A stretch of DNA of 64,000 nt from Armatimonadota bacterium (GTDB lineage: Bacteria; Armatimonadota; HRBIN16), in NCBI GenBank assembly GCA_963677485.1, contig OY781964.1:2912001-2976000 (forward strand), written 5' to 3'. The notes beneath the pieces are model-generated. The model was not told the DNA's origin. It ran no database searches and saw nothing but the letters and a program-made list of their open reading frames with translations. Position numbers and translations under genes: made by a program. This document shows positions 8,532 to 23,601 of this stretch, in pieces (within the stretch, counting starts at the first letter, position 1; the number at the start of each line of letters is the position of its first letter).

Positions 8532-11500
8532 TCAATCGCCTAATGCGCGCCGGACCATGGTAGACAACTCACTCATGGAAAACGGCTTCTGGATGAAATA
8601 CATCCCTTCCTCAACTTTTCCCTGGTGAGCAATCACATCGGAGGTGTATCCTGACATAAACAGACGCCCCATGCCAGGATAGTATGACAGCAGATTCCTG
8701 GCCAGATCGCGGCCATTCATCTCGGGCATCACCACATCGGTGAGCAAAAGGTTGATTTCGCCATGGTGCCGCTTGGCCAGCTCGGTCGCTTCACCAGGGG
8801 AGGCCGCGGCAATGACATTGTAGCCCAGGCGTTCCAGCATCTTCTTTGCCAATCTGAGTATAGACGTTTCATCCTCTACCAGCAGTATGGTTTCGTGACC
8901 GCATATGGTGGGGACTGTTGTTATCCCTTCCAGCAACTCCTTGGTAATATGTTTGAACCTTGGGATATAGACGCTGAAAAGAGTACCATGGCCCAGCTCA
9001 CTATAGACGTTGATGAAGCCGTCATTTTGTTTTACCGCACCATACACGCTGGCAAGTCCCAATCCGGTACCTTCGCCTACACCTTTGGTGGTAAAGAACG
9101 GTTCAAAAACATGGGTTAAAATGTCCTTGCTCATCCCGCATCCGCTATCATTGACTGTCAAGCGCACAAAATCCCCAGGTTCGAAGCCTGTATGAATCGC
9201 ACAATAGGATTCGTCTATCGTGATATTGTTGGTCTCGATTTGCACTTGACCCACATCGGCGATAGAATCGCGAGCGTTCACGCACAAGTTGGCTAGTATC
9301 TGGTTTACTTGAGAAGGATCCATCTTCACCCTCCATATATCAGCCGAGGGCTTCCACATGAGCTGCACATTTTCGCCGACCATCCGTTCCAGCATCTTTA
9401 ACATGCCCGCGATGGTCTCATTCAAATCCAGTTCTTTAGGCTGCACGGTCTGTTTTCGAGCGAAAGCGAGAAGCTGTCTGGTGAGTTCCGCAGATCGTTC
9501 CGCAGCTAGTTTGATTTCGGTTAGGTCTTCATACAGTGGTAGGGTGGGATCCAATCCATCCATAGCCATCTGTGTGTGCCCGATAATCACGCCCAGCATA
9601 TTGTTGAAATCATGTGCCACACCGCCTGCAAGACGGCCCACGGTCTCCATCTTCTGGGCCTGCTGTAGTTGGGTCTCAAGCGCGACTCGGACTTCCTCTG
9701 CCTTTTTTCGAGCGGTGATATCGTGGTAAAAAACAACTATCTGTCCGTCCCCAGTTGGATCATACTTGATGCTGATCTCTAAATCGCATATGGTGCCGTC
9801 CTTGCGCCGGTGCTGCGATTCGAACCGCATTTCACCTAGTTTTATAAGCTCATCGTGACGGGCATCGATCTCTCCTACTGAGTCAATCGCCTCCAGGTCA
9901 GATATGCGCATTGACAATAACTCCTGTGCGCTATAACCGATCATCCGGCAATAAGCCTCATTTACATCCAACACTTGCCCCTGCATATTGGCTAGCAAGA
10001 AGCCGTCCATGGCTGTCTGAAGTATGGTTCGATGCCAATCATCGCTTTGTTTTAGCTTTGCCTCCGCTTGAATGCGCATCATCGCAGACCCGATGTGAGC
10101 AGCGATACCTTCCATCATTTCGACAGTCTCAAGCGTAAACCGACCTTTCCTCTTGTCGTTAAGTTGAATGAGCCCCACTATGGTTTCTTGGATTTTGATG
10201 GGCACTAACGCCACCGATGCGTAGTTTTGGTGGATGCAGTTGTTTCGCGGGCGGTTCCTGGGCTCCTGATCAGGCGTCAGCTCCAGCAAAGGGAAGGAAT
10301 CATTCACCCAGAAGCTGCCGCCGCGTGTCATGAGCGGATGAGCCGGGTCAGTTCTGCCGGATATCACCAGTCCGCAGGTACACTCCAGGCTGATATTCCC
10401 ATCGCAGTCGCGGCACACACCACCGTCGGCTCCACGCTCAATCAATGAGTTTTCCGTCAACAAAAAATCGGATGAAAATCCGTCTTGAACGAAATAGGGG
10501 TAGTCATCGCCGTCCTGCAGCCTGATCCCTACTGCGTCAAACCCGGTGTGCGACTTTATGGAGCCCAACACACGCTGGATGGTCTTTGGGAAAGGTGCCG
10601 AATCATTCAGGATTTTGAGCACATCAATGCTCATTTCACGGTAGATTTCTGCTTGCTTGTGTTCTGTGATGTCGCGTATGACAACGAGAATCCTGGTCTG
10701 ACCCGCAATCTGGGTTCTGCGCATGGTGTTCTCTGTGTAGAAGAGCTCTCCCGTATTCTTTTTCGATAACCACTCATACACGGGTGTCTGCCCCTCCATC
10801 GCTCGCTGGAGGTATGGTTGTGCTTCATCTAGTGTGTATGGGTGCGCATTTGCACTTAACTCGCCAGTTTTGCAGTTCCGTGCTTCTTCCTTTGAGCTAA
10901 AACCATACATTCTGAGCATAGCGTTATTGACATCCAGTATTTGCCAGGTTACAGGATCGTGGATGATCATGGCATCCACTGCGGCATCAAAGATATCGTG
11001 GTATCTTGTTACACTCTGCCGCATAGCCTCCTCTTCCAGTTTACGCTGGGTGATGTCGCTTATCACCACTCGGCAGACGGCCGAGCCGCCGGTATCTTGC
11101 GTAGTCGTGGCTTCCAAACGCACCCAGAACGATTTGCGGTCATACGTTAACATCCGCAGTTCGCACAGTTGCGGATCACCACTGCTAAAAAGCTGTTTGC
11201 GGTGCAGGTAGTAGATGTCCTGATCTTCAGGGTGAATGAATTTGCTTAATGGCCGTTTGATCAGTTGTTCGCGGGTTGTGGCCAGTAACTTCACGGCGGT
11301 GAGGTTGGCCTCGAGGATGATGCCTTGATCATTGACCGTGCAATAGCCCACAGGGGCCAGATCATATAGGTCGATATAGCGAGCGCGCGAGGCGTCCAGT
11401 TCCGATTGCGTCCTGCGCAGCTCATCGTTCTGCATTTCCAGCTCAATCTGGTGTACCTGCAGCTCATGCACTGTTCTGGCGATTTGCTCGGGAGACAGGG

Positions 11501-11599
11501 ATGCCGTGTTTCCTGGCAAAAGTGCCTCATTAGCTAGCGACTTCTCCTCGGCAATCCGACGCATCGCGGCGGCCTGTTCGGACCGGTCATCAATATTGC

Positions 11600-11603
<4 letters not shown>
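8532..11603 (-). CDS. Hybrid sensor histidine kinase / response regulator (PAS-PAS-GAF-PAS-HisKA-HATPase-REC)
   Basis: [11 protein letters not shown]-box, [19 protein letters not shown]-terminal receiver (LLVEDE, TDVVMP, FIQKPF). Confidence 0.95.
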
Positions 11604-14662
<3,059 letters not shown>

Positions 14663-14851
14663 ATGAAGCCTCCCGTTTATTTAAATGCCCGGCTAAATCG
14701 GGGCATAAAAAGCATCATATGTTGGGAAATCAATCCGATTATCTCATATGTGTATGTCATATGGTACCTGTTATTAGTTCATGAAATGTGGATTTACGAT
14801 GGAACCAAAGACGGGGGGGAACTATACCTATGAGGTGGTTATGTAAACGGT

Positions 14852-14896
14852 GTAGGGGCGTGGTCTCCGTGCCCAGGGCGTGGAGACCACGCCCCT
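14852..14896. repeat. GTAG-type REP inverted pair
   Basis: GTAGGGGCGTGGTCTCCGTGCCC-A-GGGCGTGGAGACCACGCCCCT. Confidence 0.75.
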
Positions 14897-14954
14897 TGTA
14901 CGGTGGCCATATAAACGGTACCGGCACGGAAACGCCGCCCCGGTGGCCATGTGT

Positions 14955-15959
14955 CTATCGCGCGGCTAACTCCGCATATTCGCGGTAGAGGCGCAGATAT
15001 TGCTGGTAATCGGCGAAGCTGCAGCCTGGAGGGGTCTGGTGGTCCACGCCCACCACATAGCCGCCGGACTTCATCGCGGGCATTAGCCGCTCGAACTCCT
15101 GCCGCACGCGGGCCTCACCCAGGTGCATCACGGTCTTGTCATACCCGCCCAGCATTAGGAACTCGGGGTGGTCCTGCCGAATCTGGTTGACATCAACTCC
15201 TGCCATCCGCTCCAAGGGGAGAATGCCCTCGATGCCCGACTCTTTGAACCACTTGATGGGCTCCGTGACATCGCCATCGGAGTCGGCAAACACCAGCACG
15301 CCGGCTTCCTTCAACTGGGGTACGATCTGCAGGTAGTAGGGGTGCATGAACTCGTCATACATCTTGCGGCTGAGCATGGGACCGTGGTTGTAGCTCATAT
15401 CCTCGGCGAAGGTCATGATATCCGGGGTGATGATCTTGAGTACCTTCTCCAGTTGCCGTTGATGGTGTTCGACCAGCCCCTGGTTCATCTCATGCATGAT
15501 TTCGGGCTCATCCAGCAGCGCGAAAAGATGCTCCTCGATGCCAAACAGGGTGCGCGGGAACCAGAAGAAGCCTTCCATTACCATCCAGATAATCGCACCT
15601 TCGGCCTGCAGACCCGCAAGATATTGCGCATACTCGGTGGAGAACCCTTCCTCGGGAAAGAGGTATTTCTGGAACTCAGGCCAGTCCGATGCGCTGGGCA
15701 TCAGCGGTGCGCTGTGTCCGGTGTATGGCGGGCACTCCGGCCGTCGTGAGCCAATACCCAGGCAGCAGAACAGGTCAAGTCCTAGCTGACGCTGAAGCTC
15801 GATGCCGGCGTTCTCGGTGGGCATCACCAGCCCCTCTTCTTGCCAGCGGTTGGTGGTGAGGTGCCACCATGGGGCCCATTCCACCATGGGAAGGCGGTCG
15901 ACATCCTGAAAGCTCATGGTTCGTTTGAAGCGCTCGCGTGCGGTGAGTTCTGGGCTCAT
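14955..15959 (-). CDS. Uroporphyrinogen decarboxylase (URO-D/MtaA-CmuA) family protein
   Basis: ELTARERFKRTMSFQDVDRLP, FAEDMSYNHGPMLS, DSDGDV, LGGYDK, GGYVVGVDH. Confidence 0.85.
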   Translation of the reverse strand: MSPELTARERFKRTMSFQDVDRLPMVEWAPWWHLTTNRWQEEGLVMPTENAGIELQRQLGLDLFCCLGIGSRRPECPPYTGHSAPLMPSASDWPEFQKYLFPEEGFSTEYAQYLAGLQAEGAIIWMVMEGFFWFPRTLFGIEEHLFALLDEPEIMHEMNQGLVEHHQRQLEKVLKIITPDIMTFAEDMSYNHGPMLSRKMYDEFMHPYYLQIVPQLKEAGVLVFADSDGDVTEPIKWFKESGIEGILPLERMAGVDVNQIRQDHPEFLMLGGYDKTVMHLGEARVRQEFERLMPAMKSGGYVVGVDHQTPPGCSFADYQQYLRLYREYAELAAR

Positions 15960-16207
15960 GATATAGAGGTACTCCTGTGCTAGATAGTGTCTCGCATCCC
16001 ATTATGGGCTGTGTGCCGGATACATATTATAACAACCGTGCGGTTGCGTGGGGTTTTAGTGGCATACGGTGCGGCAGATGCCACACGGAACCTGGTCTAG
16101 GTATGTTCGTTGTATACACAACCTTGTGTGAGGCGTGGAAGTCGCCCGCTCTGGTGGTATAACTAATTGGATCCATGCACTCCATCACCTTACGCCAAGA
16201 GGCATAT

Positions 16208-17977
16208 ATGAAACTGTCTGTATCGATGTTGTTATTGTGCCTCCTGGTCAGTCATGCGTTTGCGGGTGAACGGATACATACGTTTGACACAACCATCACG
16301 CTGCGTACCGACGGCTCCGTGCTGGTACGCGAGAAAATCACACTGAGCTCCAATGCGGAGACGGTAAGGTATGGGATCACGCGAGAGTTGCCGAATGTCG
16401 TGCGTGGAGACTGGGGCCGCAGGATAAAGCTACCCTTAAAGGTCACGCGGGTGATGGTTGATGGCCGCAAGATGCCCATCTATACCCGCCAGATAGATAA
16501 CCGTCTGAGCGTGGTGATGGGCGATGCACTGGTGGAAATGCCCCCGGGGGAGCATCATTTCGAGCTGGACTATGAGCTCCAGCAGATGGTCAGCTGCTCT
16601 CATGGGTTAGATGAACTGTCTTGGAACGCGACTGGCGACCGTATCATACTGCCCATCGAACACGCAAGTGTGACGGTCGATTTGCCTCTATCGGTGACCG
16701 CCGGGCAGGTTGAGACGGCTGCATACACAGGCTCGTATGGCCGTCTCGACCGCAGCATCAAGCTGCTGACAGCCGGCGAACATAAGCTGATGATCAGCAC
16801 CACCCACACGCTAGACCCCCAGGAGGTATTCAGCGTGGTGCTGCGCTGGTCGCAGGGGTTAGTGACGGCGCGTCCGTCTGAAAATGGTGCGGCACTGAGT
16901 GCGGTGGGCCTATTACTTTGGATGGCGGCCACTTTCGGCGCTTTTGTATATCTCATCAGAAGCCATATACGAGCACGGTTGCTCCGCACAAACCATCATG
17001 CCGCGGAGCTATTGTCTGGTATGTCACCAGCCGCCGCGCGGTTTCTGGCGTTAGGTCGAAGCGACGCGAAGGCTCTAGCATGCACTATCATCGATATGGC
17101 TGTCAAGGGGGTTCTTCGCGTTGAGTTACATCGCCGTGGATTTACCTTGCACCGCCTTGGAGAGCATGAATTGACCGGATCGGGTGAACAGCGGCTTATC
17201 CTTGACAGCCTATTGAGCGGCCGCGACAGCTATACGGTGATTCCAAGCTACCAGCATGATGTGCAACGGCTGCTTGGGGAGTTTATGGCCTGCGTGAAAT
17301 ATCGCTGGAGGTTTGCCGTTCGCCAACGCCGTGTGCTCACATCCCTTGTGATGGTATCTGGTGTGGCGTGCTCAGCCATGTGTGTAACCATGTTCGGCCC
17401 CTTCAGCCCGACGTGGGTGGTGGTCACTATCCTTTACTGGTCGGTGTGGGTCTCACTGGTTGGCTGTTTAGCAGTCGGCAGGATGCGCCGGTCATGCCAG
17501 TTCCGGCTGAACGCATTGTCGACACTTGTAAATGTGGTGTTGATGCTGGCTCCTGGTGCAATGGTATGGCACCGCATCCCTGGCGAGTTTGGGCTGGTAT
17601 CTGTCTGCACCATGCTATTATGTGTCAGCATGATGGCGCATGTTTTTTCGAGTTTGCCGACTGCAGAAGGTTTGAGCTGGTTTTCTCGTCTGGCTCAGTT
17701 TCGGTGGGAGTATCATCAGAAACCTCCCACGGAGCAGCACGATTCACCGGCGTACCTGGGCTACCTGTTGGCTGTGGAAATGCATGGTAAAGGGGCCGCC
17801 GAAGCCCAACTGGACTGGCTCACACTGCCGATGGGTCAGAGCAGAATGAACCCTCGTGCCCTCTGTGACAGGCTGACCATGGACATCGCCCATAGCGCTG
17901 TGCAGCCGATCGCACCCGGACGCCGGCGTCTTAAGGCGTTAGGCGACGGTGATGGATTCGCAAGTAGACAACAATAA
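16208..17977 (+). CDS. DUF2207-like predicted membrane protein
   Basis: Signal peptide then ERIHTFD...DGSVLVREKI...DELSWNATG...AYTGSYG, IIDMAVKG and several TM helices. Confidence 0.75.
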   Translation: MKLSVSMLLLCLLVSHAFAGERIHTFDTTITLRTDGSVLVREKITLSSNAETVRYGITRELPNVVRGDWGRRIKLPLKVTRVMVDGRKMPIYTRQIDNRLSVVMGDALVEMPPGEHHFELDYELQQMVSCSHGLDELSWNATGDRIILPIEHASVTVDLPLSVTAGQVETAAYTGSYGRLDRSIKLLTAGEHKLMISTTHTLDPQEVFSVVLRWSQGLVTARPSENGAALSAVGLLLWMAATFGAFVYLIRSHIRARLLRTNHHAAELLSGMSPAAARFLALGRSDAKALACTIIDMAVKGVLRVELHRRGFTLHRLGEHELTGSGEQRLILDSLLSGRDSYTVIPSYQHDVQRLLGEFMACVKYRWRFAVRQRRVLTSLVMVSGVACSAMCVTMFGPFSPTWVVVTILYWSVWVSLVGCLAVGRMRRSCQFRLNALSTLVNVVLMLAPGAMVWHRIPGEFGLVSVCTMLLCVSMMAHVFSSLPTAEGLSWFSRLAQFRWEYHQKPPTEQHDSPAYLGYLLAVEMHGKGAAEAQLDWLTLPMGQSRMNPRALCDRLTMDIAHSAVQPIAPGRRRLKALGDGDGFASRQQ

Positions 17978-18062
17978 ACCCATCATTCCGATATACTTAA
18001 TATAGAAGAGAAACATCAGCCATATCGACGCGGATGTCTGATCGAAAATGAGAGGAAATGGA

Positions 18063-18506
18063 ATGAAACTATCTACCCGGGCTCGGTACGGACTCAGAGC
18101 GATGCTGGCATTAGCAATGACTGACAGTACGGAGCCTGTGATGACCAGGGAGATCGCGGCGTCACAGAAGCTGCCCGCCACCTATCTTGAGCAGTTGATG
18201 CTAGCTTTGAGGAAGGCGGGTTTGGTCGTGGCCACTCGCGGTTCCAAGGGCGGTTATGTGCTGGCTCATGAGGCAGCCAGTGTCACCGTGGCACAGATCA
18301 TCGAAGCACTGGAAGGCCCCATTGAGATCGCGGATTGCGGCAATGTGGCAGACTGCCCGACCGATTCGGAGCATTGCGCCATACGTAACCTGTACATACA
18401 GGCAAATGATGCCGTGTACAGTGTATTTCGCGCCACAAGCCTGCAGGATCTGGCTGATCAGCAGCAGCGGTACCTTGGCAATGGCAACGTGATGTACTAC
18501 ATCTAG
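18063..18506 (+). CDS. Rrf2 family transcriptional regulator (IscR-like, three Cys)
   Basis: MKLSTRARYGLRAM, YLEQL, RGSKGGYVL, ALEGP, DC-x5-C-x6-C. Confidence 0.92.
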   Translation: MKLSTRARYGLRAMLALAMTDSTEPVMTREIAASQKLPATYLEQLMLALRKAGLVVATRGSKGGYVLAHEAASVTVAQIIEALEGPIEIADCGNVADCPTDSEHCAIRNLYIQANDAVYSVFRATSLQDLADQQQRYLGNGNVMYYI

Positions 18507-18585
18507 CGAGGGGTTTGGGCCTCAGATAACCCGCCGAAGAGCCTGAGTAACAAACCCAGATCATGAACCCGAGCGTCCCGTCTCT

Positions 18586-18905
18586 GTGCCGCGGGTTTAG
18601 TCACCCCACGGGACTGGCGTCCCTAACCGGGGTTCCCTCACCGCGCGTCTAGATTGTTGCAGCCCGCAAGCGGGCGCAGGGAGTAACCCAACGCCCGCCC
18701 GTACACGGGGCACGTGGTACGGATTCGTAGGGATGGCCCTTGTGGCCATCCGAAATCCCAACGCGAACGATCGCAGGTGTCGAAGCTGCCAGCCGGTTTA
18801 GTCGCCCCAGCCAATCACCCACAAATGAACAACAGGTTTATGGCGTCCGATTCCGCGACATAAATGTCTCGGCTACTGATCAGCAAGCCTGCTGAAGCAG
18901 TCTAG
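18586..18905. repeat. Composite repeat cluster: partial 215-bp-family copy, GTAG REP and family D (GATTCCGCGACATAAATGTCTCGGCTA)
   Basis: Matches to 23602-23990, 33627-33852 and 54301-54595. Confidence 0.75.
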
Positions 18906-18945
18906 GTGCAGCATCGACAACGGCCGCCTGCCAGAACACCACCCG

Positions 18946-20460
18946 TTACCGCTCCCATCTCAGCATGATGTCCCAGCCATCTTCACTGCGCTGACGCTCG
19001 GACTTCGATTTGCCGCCATCGTCCTTGAAATCCTCGCCGACGCTGTAGACCTTGAACCCCTTGGTGGTACGTTTGTAAACGAAATCCTTACCGTTGAAGG
19101 GATCCATCGGGATATCCGATATGCCCATCGATCGCACCAGCGCCATCGTCTCAGGGTACTGGCTGTGGCTTGCTTTATATTGCTGTGCTGCCATAAGTAT
19201 CTGCGTCAAGGCTGTCTTCGCACGGGTGGCATGGGGTTTCATGACTACAGATGTAAACATGGGAATCATGGCTGCTACCATAGGGGCATAACTCGGAACG
19301 CTGGTTTCGACCTTATTCAACTCATCCTGCTGTTGCTTTGCATTGGGATACCGCTTCTCAGCGATGGCGATTGTTTGTGACATCACACGCAGTCCCGTGA
19401 CGCCGTAAAAATAAGCTACCGGACGCAACAGATAGCCAAGCATCGAATCACCATGTTGTGCATCTTTCGAGCTCCCTCCACTGATTCCTTTAAGGCCTTC
19501 AGGCATGAGTATGCTGTACATACGATTTGCCATCGTCAAGCTCAAAGCTCTCTCGCCTTGCAGACCATATACAAGCTGGCTCTCCAGCCTCGGACTTTTT
19601 AACAGACGATTTAGCTTAGCTGCCTGAGCTGGTGTAGGATTACCATACTCCAGAACCTTTTGTAGACCGGAATTAGCTATTTCGACATACGAAAGCAACC
19701 TGAAAACGGCGACCACGCTCTGTTCTTTACGATTAACTTGGGCGGTGGCGAAGGCGAGGCTGATCTTCTCAATCGCCTGACCCATCTTTCCGTCATGCGC
19801 ATCAACTACTGCGAGGGCCGAAAGCACACTGACAAGATAGCGTAAACCGGCATAATGCTTGGGTGTGGCCAACGAATCTGGATTGGTATCCATTGGAAAC
19901 TGGCAGTCTGGCCGAGACAGAACCTCCCGTGTGATCGGAACCACACCGGCGACTTGCTTCGCCGCCTGTATGACCTCGAGCCATGGTGTGGGACCCTTTT
20001 CCATACGTTGCGGTGCTTGGATCGGTGGCATGACTGGCACACCCGGGGGAGTTTGTGTCATCGGCAATACTGGCATCGGTGGCTTGAAGGTCGCTGATTT
20101 GCTCTTGCCGGCAACTGGCCGTTTACCAGACATCATGTATCTGAGTGTATCGGTAGCCTTCTCACCATCTTTACTCTCGAGAATCTTGAACGCTTTTGCG
20201 AACACGACCGCACCGTTTCGCTTGTCAGGCACCGCTGGCCTGACAAGATCAGCAGCCGTGACTGGCTGACCTTGTGCCCTCAAGGTCGTGATCTCCGCTA
20301 CGAACCGCCGCTCGAGCAGATAGGTCGTTAAGCTGTAGCATACGACCAGTACCAGCACCAGGCCAAGAACTAGTTTCCAGCCATTGAAGTAAAACCAGCG
20401 GATACCTTTTCCGGTCGATTGCAAGATTCGGTTTGTTCGAGATGGTTCGGTCTGGCTCAT
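18946..20460 (-). CDS. Membrane-anchored protein with pseudopilin/GspG-like C-terminus (paralog 1)
   Basis: N-terminal TM helix; C-terminal YPETM...DIPMDPFNGKDFVYKRT..GFKVYSVGEDFKDDGG. Confidence 0.7.
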   Translation of the reverse strand: MSQTEPSRTNRILQSTGKGIRWFYFNGWKLVLGLVLVLVVCYSLTTYLLERRFVAEITTLRAQGQPVTAADLVRPAVPDKRNGAVVFAKAFKILESKDGEKATDTLRYMMSGKRPVAGKSKSATFKPPMPVLPMTQTPPGVPVMPPIQAPQRMEKGPTPWLEVIQAAKQVAGVVPITREVLSRPDCQFPMDTNPDSLATPKHYAGLRYLVSVLSALAVVDAHDGKMGQAIEKISLAFATAQVNRKEQSVVAVFRLLSYVEIANSGLQKVLEYGNPTPAQAAKLNRLLKSPRLESQLVYGLQGERALSLTMANRMYSILMPEGLKGISGGSSKDAQHGDSMLGYLLRPVAYFYGVTGLRVMSQTIAIAEKRYPNAKQQQDELNKVETSVPSYAPMVAAMIPMFTSVVMKPHATRAKTALTQILMAAQQYKASHSQYPETMALVRSMGISDIPMDPFNGKDFVYKRTTKGFKVYSVGEDFKDDGGKSKSERQRSEDGWDIMLRWER

Positions 20461-20775
20461 TTTGGTCTTCCTTTGTTTTGGTATCTGGTCATATAACGCG
20501 GGCTTACCGCGGGTTTCGTCACATGTATTGTAACTCTCAGCCCCCGTGCCGCGGGTTTAGTCACTCACACACGACTGTGTTCCGGGAGCTGACGCTCCGG
20601 GAACTGCGTTCGGTGCGGGTTCCTGCACCGCGCGGCTGATCATTATCGGCCTGCGTCGCTCCGCTCCGGCAGGCGGGTGGCCCTCCCAATCCGTGTTATC
20701 CACATAATCCGTGTAATTCGTGGTTCAGACATGAAACCCAATCGTGGCTGATCGCCTTTGCCCGCCCCGCACCGT

Positions 20776-22155
20776 CTATTGTTCCCACCTGAGCACGATG
20801 TCGCGGTTGTACGTGCTCGAACTACAAGACAACCCGCCGTCATCTGTGAAGTCAGGTCCGACGCTATAGACCGTAAACCCCTTGGCGGTTCGCTTGTAGA
20901 CGAAGTCCCTGTCGCTGAAGGGGTCCATCGGGATATCAGCCAATCCCACCGATCGCACCTGCGCCATCGTCTCAGGGTATTGACCGTGGCCCGTTTTATA
21001 CCTCTGTGCGGCCAGAAGTATCTGGGTCAAGGCCGTCTCAGCTCGGGTAGCCAGGCATCTCTGGCCATATGGATAAGCGGTTAAGAAGACCAAACTGTAC
21101 ACACGCGTTGGATACCCATCGATTGCCGATTTCTTCATCCTCTTTTGCTGGGCAGCATTGGGATACGGTTTTGTATTCATGGCGATATTGATGGACATCC
21201 ACTTCAGATAGGCAAGACCGTCGGCAAAAACTGTAGGGAGCATCGCGTAGTCAAACATGCGAGTCGAAAATGACGGCTTCTCTGGGGTTTCATCCTCACA
21301 ACATATACTGACCAATCCTTTTTGGAACACCTGTTGATACATATCCAGGCCTTTGGCCCGATCCCATATCATCGCAGTGGTATGTTCAGGCCGGTAGTCG
21401 GTATGCGACAGCAGACTATTAAAATCCTCGCACTGCCTGACACTGAGCTTACCATACCGCGTGATACCACGCAAGCCCCTATTAGCCGCAAGGGTAGCAC
21501 TCAGCATGGTTAGTACCCCCGTGCTTGATGGCTCTCTTATGGTGGCTTGTGCTACTTTGAACGCCAAACCAATCTTGTAGACAGCCTGCTCCATCTGCCC
21601 ATCATGTGCATCAACCATAGCCATACCAGCCAATATGGACACGATATTTACCATCCCGTCATGATGCCTGATCTTTTCCATCTTCTGCTTCCGCCAGTCT
21701 GTGGCGAAACGACAATCTGGCCGAAGGAGTGCCTCTTTTACTAATGGAACCAGGCTTGAGAGGCTCTTTGCAGCTTGATTAGCTTCAGCCCAATCAGCAT
21801 CTAGTGAGTAGGGCGAATTCACCCTGGCGAACCTGGATATGCTCATCAGGGTGTTCATGGCCTCGCTGTTTTTCCTGCTGTTTTGCTGGCTGTTAATCAG
21901 CGGAAAGGCTTCCGCGTAGATTGGTGCCGCGTTCTGGCTTTCTGGCAGACTGGCAGGTCGGTATTCCGCCATCGACACATGATACCCCTGCGACCTCAGC
22001 AACTCGATCTCGGCTCTGTACTGCATCTGCATTTCCAGCAACCAGGCTCCATGCGTGATGGTCGCCACAAGCAGGACGCCAAGGGTTAGCCAGCGTAATT
22101 TCCTTGTCAAAGCGGTCGAGTAATCCTTATGTATTCGCACTCCTGTCACTCCCAC
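20776..22155 (-). CDS. Membrane-anchored protein with pseudopilin/GspG-like C-terminus (paralog 2; start uncertain)
   Basis: Same architecture; ALTQILLAAQRYK...DIPMDPFSDRDFVYKRTAKGFTVYSVGPDFTDDGG. Confidence 0.7.
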   Translation of the reverse strand: MGVTGVRIHKDYSTALTRKLRWLTLGVLLVATITHGAWLLEMQMQYRAEIELLRSQGYHVSMAEYRPASLPESQNAAPIYAEAFPLINSQQNSRKNSEAMNTLMSISRFARVNSPYSLDADWAEANQAAKSLSSLVPLVKEALLRPDCRFATDWRKQKMEKIRHHDGMVNIVSILAGMAMVDAHDGQMEQAVYKIGLAFKVAQATIREPSSTGVLTMLSATLAANRGLRGITRYGKLSVRQCEDFNSLLSHTDYRPEHTTAMIWDRAKGLDMYQQVFQKGLVSICCEDETPEKPSFSTRMFDYAMLPTVFADGLAYLKWMSINIAMNTKPYPNAAQQKRMKKSAIDGYPTRVYSLVFLTAYPYGQRCLATRAETALTQILLAAQRYKTGHGQYPETMAQVRSVGLADIPMDPFSDRDFVYKRTAKGFTVYSVGPDFTDDGGLSCSSSTYNRDIVLRWEQ

Positions 22156-23531
22156 TTCAACACGATGTCGCCGCCCTTGTTGCTCTGGCGTTTGTCCACC
22201 GGCCGACCTCCATCGTCTTTGAAGTCCTCACCGATGCTGTAGACCGTAAACCCCTTGGCAGTGCGCCTGTAGATGAACTCCTTGCCGCTGAAGGGGTCCA
22301 TCGGGATATCCGCTATACCTGCTGACCTCACTTGGGCCATGGTCTCAGGATACTGGCCGTTGCTTGCTTTATATCTCTGGGCGGCTAGAAGAATCTGGGT
22401 CAAGGCAGTTCGTGCGCGAGTGGAATCGAGTTTCAGAGCACCCGTGCTATATACAGGGCACAGAATGAGGGCGGTCATCGCATAGCGTGGAATGCTATTT
22501 GAGACTGCCGAAAAGGCCATCTGCTGCTGTTTTACGTTACCATCACGTTTTTCCAGAATAGCGAGATACTTCGACATCACCTGTGTATAAATCACTCCAT
22601 CGGCATATATGAGCGGTCGCGCTAGACTGATCAAGGCTTGCAGCTTATACCGATCGGGTTCTGGGTTATCGTAAGATGAAATGAAGTTGCCATAGATCAC
22701 TGCAACAAATGATCGGTCATCATAATATGGGTTATTGAACCCTGACAGTCCGACAGCCCTCTCACCCTTAAGAGAGTTCACCATACTACCTTCGTAGTTG
22801 GTGTCGGCCAAAAGCTTATTTAGTTCTACAGTCTGTTTTTCGTTCGGCTTACCACATTTGATGACACCCACCAACCCTTTGTTGGCAAATTCGGTGCAGG
22901 CCAGGGTGACGAGAGTGCTGATCAGCGAGGGCTCATTTCTACACACTTTGGCGGCTTTGAAAGCCAGCATGATCTTACGGTAAGCCTCATCCATCCGGCC
23001 ATACTGCGCGTCGATCACCGCAGCCATTGATAGCACCTTAACCAGGGAGCGCAGGCTGCCCAAATGCCCAAACGACGCACGAGCACCCTCAACCCATTTG
23101 ATGGGGAATTGGCAACTCGGACGAGACAGAGCCACTTCTGTTAAAGGCACCACTGCGCCAAGCTCCATCGCTGCCCGCTGACCTTCTGGCCATGGAACAG
23201 GCGGGTTCATCTTGCCAAGAAGCTCCACTGCCTTTTTGCCCTCTTTAGTCTCAAGCAGCTTGAAGGCCTTCTCAAACTGGATCGCACCGTTCTGACTGTC
23301 TGGCAGCTTAGAGCCCGCCAGTTCGGCTGACGACACAGGTTCACCTTTGGCCTTGATCGCACGCACTCCCGCGTCAAAATGCATCTTGAAGGCTAGCACC
23401 AGCAGTCCGTGGGCAACGACCAAGAACAACACAATCCCAAGCAACAGCCTCCAACCCTTGTGCTGCAGCCACTGCCGTGATCCTCGGCTGGTTCGTAGTT
23501 CGTTCGGTGATGATGGTTCTGTCTGGCTCAT
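22146..23531 (-). CDS. Membrane-anchored protein with pseudopilin/GspG-like C-terminus (paralog 3)
   Basis: ATG 23531 after GAGG gives MSQTEPS, identical to the paralog 1 start; same C-terminal motif. Confidence 0.7.
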   Translation of the reverse strand: MSQTEPSSPNELRTSRGSRQWLQHKGWRLLLGIVLFLVVAHGLLVLAFKMHFDAGVRAIKAKGEPVSSAELAGSKLPDSQNGAIQFEKAFKLLETKEGKKAVELLGKMNPPVPWPEGQRAAMELGAVVPLTEVALSRPSCQFPIKWVEGARASFGHLGSLRSLVKVLSMAAVIDAQYGRMDEAYRKIMLAFKAAKVCRNEPSLISTLVTLACTEFANKGLVGVIKCGKPNEKQTVELNKLLADTNYEGSMVNSLKGERAVGLSGFNNPYYDDRSFVAVIYGNFISSYDNPEPDRYKLQALISLARPLIYADGVIYTQVMSKYLAILEKRDGNVKQQQMAFSAVSNSIPRYAMTALILCPVYSTGALKLDSTRARTALTQILLAAQRYKASNGQYPETMAQVRSAGIADIPMDPFSGKEFIYRRTAKGFTVYSIGEDFKDDGGRPVDKRQSNKGGDIVLKWE

Positions 23532-23601
23532 GTTCGTGTCCTCTTTGGTTGGTATCTGACCAAATATCGTTGCCGTCGCCCGCCCGTTGGAGCGAAGGTA
23601 G

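Noticed and set aside
14686-14707. Riboswitch upstream of the cheBR gene
   Set aside because: Only a single short hairpin; no c-di-GMP or other aptamer consensus recognised
18946-23531. Diversity-generating retroelement acting on the similar 3' ends
   Set aside because: No reverse transcriptase or non-coding template repeat; the differences are not adenine-specific
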